Part shown: piece after piece, positions 49,991 to 62,867 of the stretch
Layout: each line of letters starts with the position of its first letter
How positions within the stretch are numbered: the stretch's first letter is position 1
Origin: Lama glama
Taxonomy: Eukaryota
Direction: 5' to 3'
Length of the DNA stretch: 64,000 bases
Assembly: GCA_028534125.1 (NCBI GenBank)
Contig: CM052816.1
Location: 88,786,001 to 88,850,000 of the forward strand
Notes under the pieces: model-generated
What the model was told of the DNA's origin: nothing
Seen by the model: only the letters and a program-made list of their open reading frames with translations
The model's database searches: none
Program-made: the position numbers and the translations under genes

Positions 49991-52001
49991 ATTTGATAAA
50001 ATATATACATTTTGAAATGGTAATTTATATTAATTATTGGTAACAATTAACCTCAACTAAGTATACACTGTCACTTGAGATATTAGTTAGTGATAATAGC
50101 ATACCTATTTTCTTGATGAAGAAATAGTTGTAGGTAATGGAAGATAAATATGTAAAGAAATATGCTCTCCAAAATTAGAGATCACTGGCTTCCATGACTT
50201 CCAAGTCAATTGAGTAAACAATCATTGATTTGAATGAAAAATGTTTGAAATGTATATTTTAGTACATTTAGCCATACTGTTCAGCCTATGAATATGTACC
50301 TGAATCTGAGAACTGTTTATACTCCTTATTTTCCAGGTAACTAAACTTGGATTGAGATATATTTCTTTTTAAATAAGGGTTTATTTTTAACTAAATATCA
50401 AAGAACCAAATTTTCAAATTTGCATCATCACCATACTATAGTGAGGAGTAGTGCTTAATGAAGTTAAGTAGAACTTTCTGTATGAGCCTGAGTAACAATG
50501 TTTACAACTGCATTTTCTCAAATGCATTGAACAGATGAGAAAAGCTCATTTCACTTGGTGAAATACAATAATAATTTATAAAAGTTTAATACAAAGAAGA
50601 TGAGTTCCTAAGAAAAACTGTATAAATTTATTACAACTTAGCCTGTCCACACAAATGAATATTATTTCTCTCCCTACCCATCCCTTTCCTCTGTCTCTCT
50701 CATTTATGTGCAAACACGCTTTTTTAAAAGTATAGGAATATCCAACATTTAAGAGTTTTAATACCTATTTCCTTTATAATATTCTGTGATATGAAAAAAT
50801 ACATTAGATAAATTAATTTCCCTGTTTAGTTTACATTAAATACTAAACTGTGATTCAGTTTATCACTGTGACAATTATGATGTAAAGGAGTCAAACATGG
50901 ATTCAGCTAAATGCAGATTTGTACAGGGTCAGCACACAGCCTATTACCAGAAGGAAGGAAATGCTCGAAAACATGCTTATTTCTCAGCCAGCATTCTTCA
51001 CAGATTTACAGACCAATCAAAATGTCAGTTCAGCTGATGGCAATGAATAAGAAGACATTTGCAGAAGGAATGCATGAGCAAACCTGCTTTCAGCAACCAT
51101 TTTTCTGACATTAGTAAAATTTAAAGTTTTCAGCAACATACCACTTGGAAAGTGATGGAAGTGAGATTGCAAAGGCAGTGACTCCATCTTGCACATGAGA
51201 CACCACCTTAAGTAACTGCACAGAGAAATGAACTTCAATGTATTAAAATGAAGGATTTTGAGAATGTTCTCAGTTAAATTCATACGTCTTGTACTTTCAT
51301 GTCTAGCATGAAAACAAGGCAGATTGCTGCTTCAAAGAAGGTAAAACCCAAGATCTTTGATTCATTGGTTGCATATTAATCACTATTCAGTTAGAAGTCA
51401 TACGCAACAGAATTATTGATATGGCTATGAGTGATTTGATTTTTATTCCTCAACATGCTTTATAGAAGAGTTACAAGTCTGTGCACATAAATTAGAAATA
51501 AGATTCTTTTAAAACATGAATCATGTCTGTAATGAAAAACACTTCATGAAAGGTTTTAGACTTATCTGAGAACATCTGTTCAGAGAAGATTTTTCTTCTC
51601 AGCATTAATTTATTGGTCCTGAAAGGTTCTGGAAATAGAGAATAAGGTGCTCTCTTGCCTTTAGGAAAGGATATAGCATTTCAGATTCATCTTAAGCTGC
51701 CTCACATTATTATTATTCAACTTTCAAATGAAAAGATACTCCATCTGTTTCCCTTTAGATAATCCATTTATTATCCTCACTATTGTAAATATGTAAGTGC
51801 ATTGTTGCTCAGGAAATATATTCAGGAGCAGTGAGCTATAATTAAAGACAATCCACATAAACTATAGTTTAACCAGTCATTTTAATCTTTATTATTTAAA
51901 ATCATACCGACAAATATTTATTGGGTTCCTTTGATAGTAATTGCTGGGCAGACTTAAAAGGAGCATAAGACCTGGTTATTGATGTCAAATGGCTTCAATC
52001 C

Positions 52002-52407
52002 TTTATCACTTTGCTAGGGCTTCTGTAACAAAATCCCACAGACCGGCTGGCTTAAGAACCAGACATCTATTTTGTCACAGTCTGGAGGATGGAAGTTTGA
52101 GATCAAGTTACTGGCAGATTTGGTTTCTCCTGAGGCATCTCTCCTTGGCCTGCAGATAGATGGCTGCCTTTTCGCTGTGCCCTCCCATGGTCATCCCCAG
52201 GTCTATGCATGATTCTGGTTTCTCTCTTTACCTGTCCAGGTGTCGTCCTCTTAGAAATATTCTAGTCATGCTGGGTTAGGGGCTACACTGAAGACCTCAT
52301 GTAACTTAATCACCTCTTTAAAGACCTGGCCTCCAAATGTGGTCACATATTGTTGTACTTGGGGGTCAACATGTGAATTTTCAGGGAGCACAGTTCATCC
52401 TATAACA
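52002..52407 (-). mobile_element. MaLR LTR (MLT1B-like)
   Basis: gctagggcttctgtaacaaaatcccacagaccggctggcttaag...aacttaatcacctctttaaagacc...cacagttcatcctataaca. Confidence 0.9.
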
Positions 52408-53779
52408 CCTCTTAGTTGTTCACAAGAGGAGTCAAGCACGTTGAATATAGTTGTCTATACAAAAAGGTTTCTTATTAGCTTTTATTAATTAGTATTATTG
52501 TCCAAAAACTCAATTTTATTAAAATTACAAAGAAGTGGGCATGATGTGTCTGTGTGTGTGTCTGCAACTTATATTAAGTCCTGTCCACTCTTGCCAGCAC
52601 AGGGGCCTTGCTCCAGAAGTCATCTTCTCAGGTTCTATAGATCCTTTTTTCCAACAAGACTGTAACCTTTGAGCTCCTACTTTTACAGGACTGGGGTATT
52701 TACATTTTTCCTAAAAATGGCAAGAACTTTATGAGAACCTTATAAACAGGGATTACACTTTAAATATTTATATAACCTCAGCATGAATGTAAAGTTAGTC
52801 AAATGAAGAGAACCATCATTCTTTGGACAATATCCAGATTCTCAGATTTGAATTATTTGCTTGCTTTGCACTTCGAGTTACTTGCTGGTAATAATTCTTG
52901 GTCAAGGAAATTAAGTGATGTTTTAATGAAAAATCAGATTATTTGTTTTATCTGGAACATTAATATACTCACTAGAAATCCCCACTAAGTAAATTTATTT
53001 CATATATTATAACATCTGCATTGAGGAATAAAATTAATTTCTATATTCTGTTTAATTATTCAATGTATTCTTTTCAATCTGATGTCATCATGACCTTTTA
53101 CAGGAAGAAAATACATATAAGCAAATAGATAATTTAAAAAATTTTGTTTTCTCTATATTCATGACTTAAAACAGTAGTTTTATAATAAAGTATTAGTAAA
53201 TAAAATATATATTAGAATACAGATGCTAGTTAGTTCAGATGCAACAGCAGTCATCACTGAGTAAACACTAATCCTTATCAGGATTAATTCTTAGACAGCA
53301 TTAGGACATTGTTCCTAGAATTACACAAAAATATACATTATTCTCCTTTCTAACACTCAAAGAATATAAAGTGTGCTTTAAGCTTCATGCATTTTTGTTA
53401 AATTCCTACCCGTGAAAGATTGTCTGCTGAGCATTGTAGTTGATGAACTTTGTAGAAAAAGAATAATCACGCTTGAACAGTTTTTATTGTTTGAAAATAA
53501 GCAAATAATTCCTCAGCATCTTTTGGGATAAACAAAATTGCAAATTCTGTTTCCTGTCTCTACAGAGTGAAGAAATCCTTATGGGAAGTTGAATAGAAAG
53601 CAAGATACCACATCAACAGATATACATTATTATTATAGGTCTTCGTACAAACCATAGTCTCATACATTCCATATCTGTTTCCTATTTCATAGCAAGCTAA
53701 TGAGAAACAAACTAAAAAAATTAAAGAAATAGAAAGAAAATATAACATATAATTGGTTCTAAACATATAAGACTTCTCA

Positions 53780-54160
53780 GCTTTCTCTAATTTCTCTGTC
53801 GTCTTCATGCTGCCTTCTTTGCCCAGGTCCTGCCCACCAAGCCCTGATGTTTCATCACTTTCTATTTCTCAATAAATGACAACTGCTTAATTCAGAAAGT
53901 GAGCCCAAGATTACTTTAATTAAAATAATTTTTCTTAGTACCTCTCTTCTGCCCGGTATGTGATTTTGTTTACATTCCCTCAGAAACCTGTATATTGTTT
54001 TCAGGAAACTGTCTCACTGTTATTTTCCATTTGATTTTTAGCTACATTTTATGTGCTCCCTGTAAGATTATAAAACCTTTTCTAAACTACTTTATCGAGA
54101 CTCCAAGGTTTCTTGAAGCCTGTGCATATGAAAGGTCATAAAAGAAGCAAATTAATGTCT
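53780..54160 (+). mobile_element. Degenerate L2 3' fragment
   Basis: tgtgctccctgtaagattataaaacc...gcctgtgcatatgaaaggtcataaaagaagc. Confidence 0.4.
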
Positions 54161-54985
54161 TAATGAAAAGTTGCCAACAGTGAATTTCTCCACAGCTAAT
54201 CCTGTATTTCTTTAATGTTCTACAAAATAAAGTAATTTCAAATTATAACAGAACCATCATTATGATTATTGCAAACCTCTTAAAATTATCATTCACTGTT
54301 AAATAAGTAATTTTATGGTGATATTAATAATGGTATCCCATATGTAAAAAATTTGAAAATAATAACTTTGTATTCTGTTAAGCCCAGTATGTTAGAGGCC
54401 TAATGAACTTGGTAGTCGTTAAAGTCACTCAGTGACTATCAATCTGGATCTTAATATGTTTAATTACGTTAATACTAGTCAATTAGTCAAGCAGCTTAGC
54501 TTCATCTGTCTCCTGGCTCTGCTGATGATAGAATTGTAAATGTTTATACATGAGAAAGTGAGAAGTCTGCCAACAACCCATCAAAGGAAAACATGGCATT
54601 ATCATTGATTTCTAAGACAGAATTCCCATGTGCGTTGGGAAAATTGCAAACTTTAGTGTTAAAGGAGTCAAATAGCTCATAGTTGTTCTCTGAATTATAT
54701 GTGAAGAGAAGTTCCGAGGTAGTAAACATTCTGTAATACGTTGTTGGCCAGCATTTACTAGGTGGGTTTGATGAGCTACACAACCCTAGTGTAAGAGATT
54801 GGGGTTGTTTTGATTGAAAAAGCTGCCAAATGGGAGTTGTTGGGTCTTACTCAACAGAATGGAGCATATCAGTTGCAGACAAACATGGGTGTTTAGGGGG
54901 GATTTAAATTGTATGTGTCTAACGGAAAGACAAATGGGTATGAAATTATGGGAACCAGAGCTCTTAGTGGACAGATGACCAAGGG

Positions 54986-55485
54986 NNNNNNNNNNNNNNN
55001 NNNNNNNNNNNNNNNNNNNNNNNNNNNNNNNNNNNNNNNNNNNNNNNNNNNNNNNNNNNNNNNNNNNNNNNNNNNNNNNNNNNNNNNNNNNNNNNNNNNN
55101 NNNNNNNNNNNNNNNNNNNNNNNNNNNNNNNNNNNNNNNNNNNNNNNNNNNNNNNNNNNNNNNNNNNNNNNNNNNNNNNNNNNNNNNNNNNNNNNNNNNN
55201 NNNNNNNNNNNNNNNNNNNNNNNNNNNNNNNNNNNNNNNNNNNNNNNNNNNNNNNNNNNNNNNNNNNNNNNNNNNNNNNNNNNNNNNNNNNNNNNNNNNN
55301 NNNNNNNNNNNNNNNNNNNNNNNNNNNNNNNNNNNNNNNNNNNNNNNNNNNNNNNNNNNNNNNNNNNNNNNNNNNNNNNNNNNNNNNNNNNNNNNNNNNN
55401 NNNNNNNNNNNNNNNNNNNNNNNNNNNNNNNNNNNNNNNNNNNNNNNNNNNNNNNNNNNNNNNNNNNNNNNNNNNNNNNNNNNNN
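54986..55485. other. Assembly gap (500 N)
   Basis: Run of N. Confidence 1.
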
Positions 55486-58029
55486 CATGTTAAGCATGCT
55501 TGCTTGTCACGAGACTGACATATGACTTGAACATTTGTTCTCAGTAGCATGTGGCAAGAAGTGGGCAGGACTCTCTTGTTCTTTTTTTAAATTTAATTTA
55601 TCACTCTCACTCTCATCCCCAGTCATCTCCAGGGATAACACTGAACTCTTAAAACTAAGATTTGGATTCTAGACCATACTGAATACTATTGGACATTTGA
55701 CTCATTCATTCATTCCCTTTTTAAAACAAGTATCTATTCATTTAACCCCTGGCTTACATTAATGTTAATTCAACAGGGATGTATTATTGGACATACACAT
55801 GGGCCACAGAACATGTTAGATACAAAGATTTCCTACCTTTTCTCTGTTATCTCTTTCCCCTTTTTATGTTGGTATTTTCTTATTATTTTATTTTATTTTT
55901 TAAATTTTCACTCCCCATGGTGAAAATTATTGCTTCATTGGCATGTAGTCATCTTCAAGAAAATTTGTTCTTGGAGGAAATATCCCTGAAGTATGAGCTA
56001 GTACAGGAAGACAATGTCCAGTTCACCTCAAATCACCAGTGAAAAACTTTACAGTGCAGAATAGCCAGAGATTTTTAATGAACAAGACACATCAAAACAC
56101 AATTTAAGCAACCAAAATATTTTATTCTTTTTAGCTGTCGCTTTAAAGTTACTGAAATGTTTATTAATTCCATACTTATATTGAGCAGTATATCATCTTA
56201 CTGGCTCAGCGTTAAGTCTGAGGATGTTATGTAGTGGGGCCTAAGAAGTAAGTAGTGCTTTAAATGTATCTTAATTGTACACATACACGTGAACACTCAC
56301 ACACATAGGGCTTGCACTCATGCAGTTTGCTCACAGGTATGTCACTTGCCACCAAAATCATCCTAGTCAGCTATCATCAAAACAAAGACCTAAAGTCCTG
56401 GTGTCTAAACTTCTTATTGCAGACAAGGGCTGAGATGTTGACATCTTGAAATCATGATGACTGTGCTTGATATTGGAATGGTGACAATGAAAGGAGATAC
56501 CCTAGTGACCTGATCCAAGGCACTAGGACTTTCTCTATGCTGAGTAATTATAACAAAGGTTCTGTTACAAACTTGTTAAGTGATTCTGGGCATACCATTC
56601 CCCTCTGTCAGACTCAGTTTGCATATGTCAGTCAATCAAGAAATGTTTATAGAAATAGATACACTGATCAAATATTTTGGAAATGAAGAAGATGAGAAAT
56701 ATAGGAAAGTAGCTAAAAATACAGTGGGAGTGAGGGAAGAAATTTGTTTTAAGACTGGAGAGGTCTGGACACGTACGAAGGGGAAGAATTTAAACTGCAA
56801 AGTGAATATAGTAGCCATTCTACCCACTTTAGAGCATTGAAAGAAGTTTTCCATCAGCATTTGTGAATGTGTACCCTGAAGAGTGAAGCAGTACAGTAAG
56901 TGCTGTATGAATATTATTACCGTTATCATCATCATGAATGCCTCCTGTATATAATTGTACACTGAATGGCTTGATGTCAAGTATTTGTTCATTGGAATCC
57001 AGATAGATTTTTTTAATTTCTTTTTTTGCTACAGAAAAATATTTTAGAAAATTAAAGTCATCGGGCCAATTTTCTGCACAATATTTGAGATATACAGCAT
57101 AGAAATTAGCTCTCCAAATTCTTCTAAATATCTTAAAGGTTAAAAAAAAAAAGAAGACATTTGTGTGCTAACTGAATGAACGTTTGTAATGACATCTATA
57201 TGAGTATTAGGATAGAAAAATTACAAGAAAATATTTTAGATGTCCGTATATACATTCATAGTACTTTTGAGACTTTTACTTACTCAGTGTGGACATTTCT
57301 GCCTACTCATATAATTTGAAGCATACATTTATATTGTAATATTAAAACTGTTACTTGAATATCTGCATGATCATTCCTACAATTGAGTTGATGCAGAACT
57401 TTGGCCACTGGTCCAAACCCCAAGCTCCAATTTTCCCCATGGGAAAAAATATACATGAGTTTAGGAGGGAATTTACCTTAGTGGTTTTTAGGATAGCATT
57501 TCCCCAGAAAGTGGAACTCCCTTATAATCGTAATTATGGAGTAATTATTCCTCTTAAGATGCTATTTTTTGTCTTCTTCATTTTATTAACATTTGAAGAG
57601 AGAAGACTTGTTTCTGAGCTTACTTCTTAATGGCAATAAATATATATTTGCTGTCTATGATATTTATTTATTTGTGAACTCTATCATACATTTGAGAAAG
57701 TCTCTGTGGAATTATTGTGCATAATTCTAGGAAAAAAATAAAGAATCCAGTAAAAGTTCAACAGCTATGGAACTTTTTAGGTGAGATCGTTTGTGACTGA
57801 GGAGCAGATGCAGAAAAAATCTGGGCTGAGTTGCCTTAGAGGAGAAGCATCTAAGCTAGTTCACTTTTTAAGCTTGTAGAACACCTTAGTTTGCAAGTTA
57901 CATGAATCGAAGAAGAAAATACAAAGACGAATAGAAATACACCATGAGTTTTACTTTCAAATAACTTACAGTCATATGGAATATGTCACATTAATACATT
58001 GATTATAACATCAGTTACACATTTTTAAC

Positions 58030-58570
58030 ATGCAAAATAAAAAAAAACATGCCACTGGTCAAATTCAATCATGAATATAGATACAAAAATATTACACAAA
58101 ATGTGGCCAAATATAAGGTGACAACAAACTGAGTTTTGCTAAGCCTGAAATTATATTATTTTAAGAAATTTAATATAAATCATCAAAAATAGATTAAAAA
58201 TAGGTTAAAATAATTAATAGAATTTTAGTATGTTAAAATTCTTAACCAACTGTAAAAAGATGATGATTGGTGTCCAATAATCAAAATAAAAATAAACTCA
58301 CCAACAAACAAAATTAAAAGTTTAAAACAAAACACCTTATAGGAATGAGCACATTTATGAGTGAAATGGTAAATGAATGCTTTTTAAATCACAAATAAGC
58401 CAAGAGGTCCACAATCATCACTTTTTCAGTGTTGCATGAAAAGTCCTGAGTAGGTAAACAGAAAGCATTTATGAGGATTGTGAGAAAATTTTAAAAACAT
58501 CTTATTTGCAAATTATGTGATTATATTAAATTTAATAAGAAATTATAGCAAGTTTAGCATTTATGAATAA
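58030..58570 (+). mobile_element. Ancient L1 ORF2 (RT domain) fragment, sense
   Basis: tcatgaatatagatacaaaaatattacacaaaat corresponds to the MNIDAKILNK region; catcttatttgcaaattatgtgattata corresponds to the LFADDMI region. Confidence 0.7.
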
Positions 58571-58589
58571 AATTATATTTATCATTCAT

Positions 58590-59550
58590 AGGGCTGACAC
58601 CATTTTTAAGCTACATGGAAAATATAAATGTGTCTGTTCCTCCTGTAGTTTAGACAACAGAGTATGTTTTCAAACATTTTTTTCCAGTGTTGTAGGTAAA
58701 AAAAAAAGACTTATCTAGGAGCTTTTATTATTATTCCCTTTATTATGAGAAAGGTTAACTCTCTTATATTTAAGTTGAGTTTGTATTTACTTTCTCTGAA
58801 CTATCTGAACATGTTCTTGTCCAGTTATGTGTTGTTAGTATTGTTTCTACTTTTGAAAGCTCTATCTAATGCACGTTGATCATTTGCTGTAATATAAGTA
58901 TGATATAAAAGGAATTTTTTTTTTCCTTTTTGTCTGTTATTACAACTTGACTGTGGTTCACTCCCTATAATACCACTACATAGTTTGATCTTTCCTTCTG
59001 GATTATGAATCATGCCTGGAATTCACTGCAGTCAGCCCTGCCTCCCCTCTAAATTTAGATTGGATTCATTTAGAATTTATACTGGAGTAAAAATATATAC
59101 ATTTTTTAAATATTGTTTACCTCGCTGCCCAGTTATCACAATACCACTTATTAACTATCTTTTAGTTCTGCTAATTTGAGATATTTTTTAATCTCATCCT
59201 AAATTTTCTCATATACTCTTGTATATTTTTAGATTTTCTATATTTTCCATTGGATTATCTGGCTATTTCTATAACATACTATACAGTTTTGACATTTTCA
59301 ATTATTAGCCATCACCTTCACATGCCTTTTTTTTTTTTTCTTCAAGTTTCCTGGTGATTCCCAAGTATCTAATCTTTCAGAGGAGAGGAACTTTTTAGTC
59401 AGTTTGTATGGCTCTAGGAAATAAATTCTGATGGTGTTTTTTATTGAAATTGCATTCAATTTATAAATTAACTTAGGAAGAAACATTATTGTTGTAATTT
59501 TCAGTTTTCCTGTCTGAGAACATGGTATAACCCTGCAGTTGTTCAAGACA
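58590..59550 (-). mobile_element. Ancient L1 ORF2 (post-RT to C-terminal) fragment, antisense (L1ME-like)
   Basis: ORF 59298-59546 (IPCSQTGKLKITTIMFLPKLIYKLNAISIK) is similar to L1 ORF2 [30 protein letters not shown]. Further antisense L1 motifs extend to ~58600. Confidence 0.75.
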
Positions 59551-59899
59551 AAACTTTTGTGCAGAGGCTGAAATTAGATTAGTGAATATTATGGGAATTA
59601 GATTTTCCATTACTGTGAAGAAGAGATTCAAACAATTAGAATCACTTAGTGGGAGTGTTTGACATTTTTTACATAGTTAACTTTCTATTATTCAGGCACA
59701 GACAGTATAATGCAATAACTGAGATGATAGTTATGAAAATTCATATACTACATTTTGGTTCATGAAAAGTTCTTCAGAATGATTTACTTTAATTGTCAAA
59801 GTAATATAATTTTACTAACAAAGGAAGTGGGGATTCTAGAAAAAAACATTTTTCCCTAGGATCACAATAGAGGAGTTATATAAAACTAGCTTTTATATA

Positions 59900-60191
59900 C
59901 CGCCGTCCCTCAGTATTCACCAGGAATTGGTTCCAGGACCCCTATGGATACACAAATCCTCATACGCTCAAGTCCCTTGATTAAAATGGCTTAGTATTTT
60001 CATACAACCTATGTGCATCCTCCCACATACTTTAAATCACCTGTATGTTACTTATAACGTCTAGTTCCTTGTTAATGCCATGTGAAGAATTCAAGTTTTG
60101 CTTTTTGAAACTTTTTGAAAACTTTTTTTTGGATATTTGCAATCAATGGTTGGTTGAATTTATGGATGCCAAGAATACAGAGGGCTGATTG
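59900..60191. mobile_element. MER2-type TcMar-Tigger MITE with TA TSD
   Basis: Degenerate terminal inverted repeats ccgccgtccctcagtattc ... gaatacagagggctgattg, flanked by TA on both sides. Internal attggttccaggaccc and gctcaagtccct. Confidence 0.92.
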
Positions 60192-60269
60192 TACCTACAA
60201 ACCTCATGTCCTTTCCAGAAGATCATGCCAGTTCAATACAATTTTGAATTTTGAAGCTTTTCATCTAAA

Positions 60270-60440
60270 ATATTTCCCAAAGTGTGCATCATAGATCATT
60301 ATTTCTTTATGTGATTAATGTGTCCTTCAATTAAATGAATTAAAAAGAATTCAACTGTGGTGAAATGTATTTAGGACATGTTGGATTAAATCAGTTTTAT
60401 TACTGCAGGACTTCTTAAAGCATGTATTATAATAATATAA
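60270..60440. mobile_element. Probable hAT-Charlie fragment
   Basis: tttcccaaagtgtg...ttactgcaggacttcttaaagc. Confidence 0.45.
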
Positions 60441-61479
60441 TTTGATAGCAAAACTTCCCCAGATAAATTCATAAAACTATATAAAGTTTATACATTAAAT
60501 TCAGAGAATGACCCTGTATATCAAACTAACTCACATGGGTTGAATTTCTGAGCCTTGGATTCTAAAGTGATACTAGTCTAGAAGTTTCATTATATTAACA
60601 AAGATGGAGTTATATGTAAGTGGACTATATTAAAAAAAAATTACAGAGGAGTTTTACAGAATTTTGTGATATCCTCTGTTTCTCTGCAATCTCCCCACTA
60701 TTTCGCTAAGCCTAATGATACTCATTATAATAACATTATTTCACTTAATGCTTTCTTCTTTGATAAATTAAAAGCACTTAAATATTGAGACGTGGTTAGA
60801 GGAAATTTCTTAGTAAATTATGAGGCTCCATATTACTGTCAAATATGAGTAACTAAAATACCTACATATCTAGGTATTATCTAAAAAAAGAAATAAAGTG
60901 TTTAGGTTGACTAATAATTTAAGATTATATAGTTGACAAATGTTATCTAAATGAGTGTGCCCGAAGGCCTTTATAAAGAAATAACATTAACATACTGGGG
61001 GAATAATCTGTTTTTCCTTTCCAAATAATGTTATATGTTTCTCAGTTGTAATGTGAAAGTGCAGTAATAAAAACATGTCTTTTAAAAATAAAGATAAACC
61101 TAGGATATAGAACTATCTATGCCTTTCTGCTAATACCCGTTATTTTGTTAAGCCTTGTTTCTTTTGCTATTTTTTTTTTTTTGTTGTTGTTCTGGTGATA
61201 TCTCATCTTCCCTCAATTTAAATGCTTTCCTCTTTGCAGATAAAATATGCATCTCTAAGTCCAAATTTTTTTTCATGAAAATCTATATCCAAAACTACAT
61301 TTCCATTCGAAAGTGTTTTTTATAAATTTCAGATCTTCATATTAAATTAAGTCTTATAAATCTCCATAAATAGAAGAGACTTAATATAGCACTAATCCAT
61401 TCAAAAAAATGTAGATAAAGCTTCTGTATGCCAATTACACTTAGAAGCACTGAGAACATACACATGGTTCCTGATATTT

Positions 61480-61985
61480 TGATTGTCTGTTGTTGTGTAA
61501 TCAACCACCACAGATGTAGAGGCTTAAATCAACAAAAGTGTATTTCTTTATGATTTTGCAGTTTGTAGCTGTTTGGATGGCTCATCTCTGCTTTGCGGGT
61601 TGTTGTCTGGCTCAGCACTGGGCGGGAGATCCATTTCCAAGATACCTCTTTCACATGGCTGGTGGAACTGTCGTTGGCTGATGGTTAGGAGAGGAGAGGA
61701 CATTGGAGAGGCTCACATGTTTCCAAGGCTAGACAGTTCCCAAAGCTGCCTGGGCTTCCTTACGGATGACAGAGGACTACAAATGGGAGGAATCAGAAGG
61801 TAGCAATCTTTTCAGAGCTAGGTCTGTCCTAGTACTGCATCATTCTAATCCTATGTTATTAGTTAAAGCAATCACAGGCTCAGCCAGATTCAAGACAATG
61901 GGAAAACAAACAAACAAACAAACAAACAAAGCTCACCTCTTGGTGGAAGAAGTAACAAAAAATAATTGTGACACTGCCACTCCTG
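61480..61985 (-). mobile_element. Old MaLR LTR (MLT1H/I-like)
   Basis: gttgtgtaatcaaccaccacag...ggcttaaatcaac...ctgggcttcctt...aaagcaatcacaggctcagccagattcaag. Confidence 0.7.
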
Positions 61986-62189
61986 ATTCATGGAGGAGAT
62001 AGGATCTGGCCAATAATTATAAGAAGACTAAGTAAATGATTATATATAATGATAAAGTGATCCTCATGTGTTTGCAGATTTCTGTAAATAAGAAACTTGA
62101 TGTCTTTAGGAGTAAAAACTATACATTCCTACTATATTTAGAGATATGGAAAAGCATCTCTGAGTAAATATTTGTAATGTAAGAAATGA

Positions 62190-62722
62190 AAATTAGTAGT
62201 TCACTAGTTATTGTGAGACTATTACCACAAAGTTAGCAGCTTTCAGCAATACACATTGAGTAGCTCACAGCTTGCATAGGTCAAGAGTTTGGGCATGGCT
62301 TACCTGGGTCCTATATTTTAGGGTTTCACAAGGTGACCAAAGGTGTTGGCCAGGACCGTGTTCTCACCTGGTAGATCTGCATCCCCACTCACAGGTTGTT
62401 GGCAGGATTCAGTTTCTTGTGGTTGTAGGACTGAGGACTTCCGTTTCTTGCTGTCTTCAACACCTAGACGCCACCTGCAGTCCCTAGCCATGTGGGGTTC
62501 CCCAACAACATAGCTATTTGCATCCTCATACAGGAAGGCAAGTGGGCACTGTGATCTTTATGTAATTTAACCACATAATTAGAGACTCTTGATCATGTAT
62601 ATTCCACCACCATTTTTGTGTCCTGTAAGTTAAAATTAAGTCAGAGTTCTCACACACACTCAGCATGAGAGTTCTCACAAGGGAATGAACACCATGAGGG
62701 TCACCTTTAGAGTATGTCCACA
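62190..62722 (-). mobile_element. MaLR LTR (MLT1E-like)
   Basis: attaccacaaagttagcagc...gttgttggcaggattcagtttcttgtggttgtaggactgagg...gggtcacctttagagtatgtccaca. Confidence 0.8.
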
Positions 62723-62805
62723 AGTAAGATTTAGGTAAAAATCCTAGTACCTCAACAAGCTCTTAAATTTGATGACCCTATTTGTGCCAAACTGAATTAA
62801 AATCA

Positions 62806-62856
<51 letters not shown>
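62806..62856. repeat. Compound (TG)n(TA)n microsatellite at an L1 tail
   Basis: Directly visible. Confidence 0.95.
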
Positions 62857-62860
<4 letters not shown>

Positions 62861-62867
62861 TTACACC

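Noticed and set aside
54786..55550. ORFs of 177-254 aa
   Set aside because: Artefacts of translating through the 500-N gap; the same applies to 42882-43070.
57766..57787. ATGGAACTTTTTAG|GTGAGA as a possible coding exon end
   Set aside because: There is no upstream acceptor or promoter evidence, and isolated donor-like motifs are common (also at 43067 and 50336).
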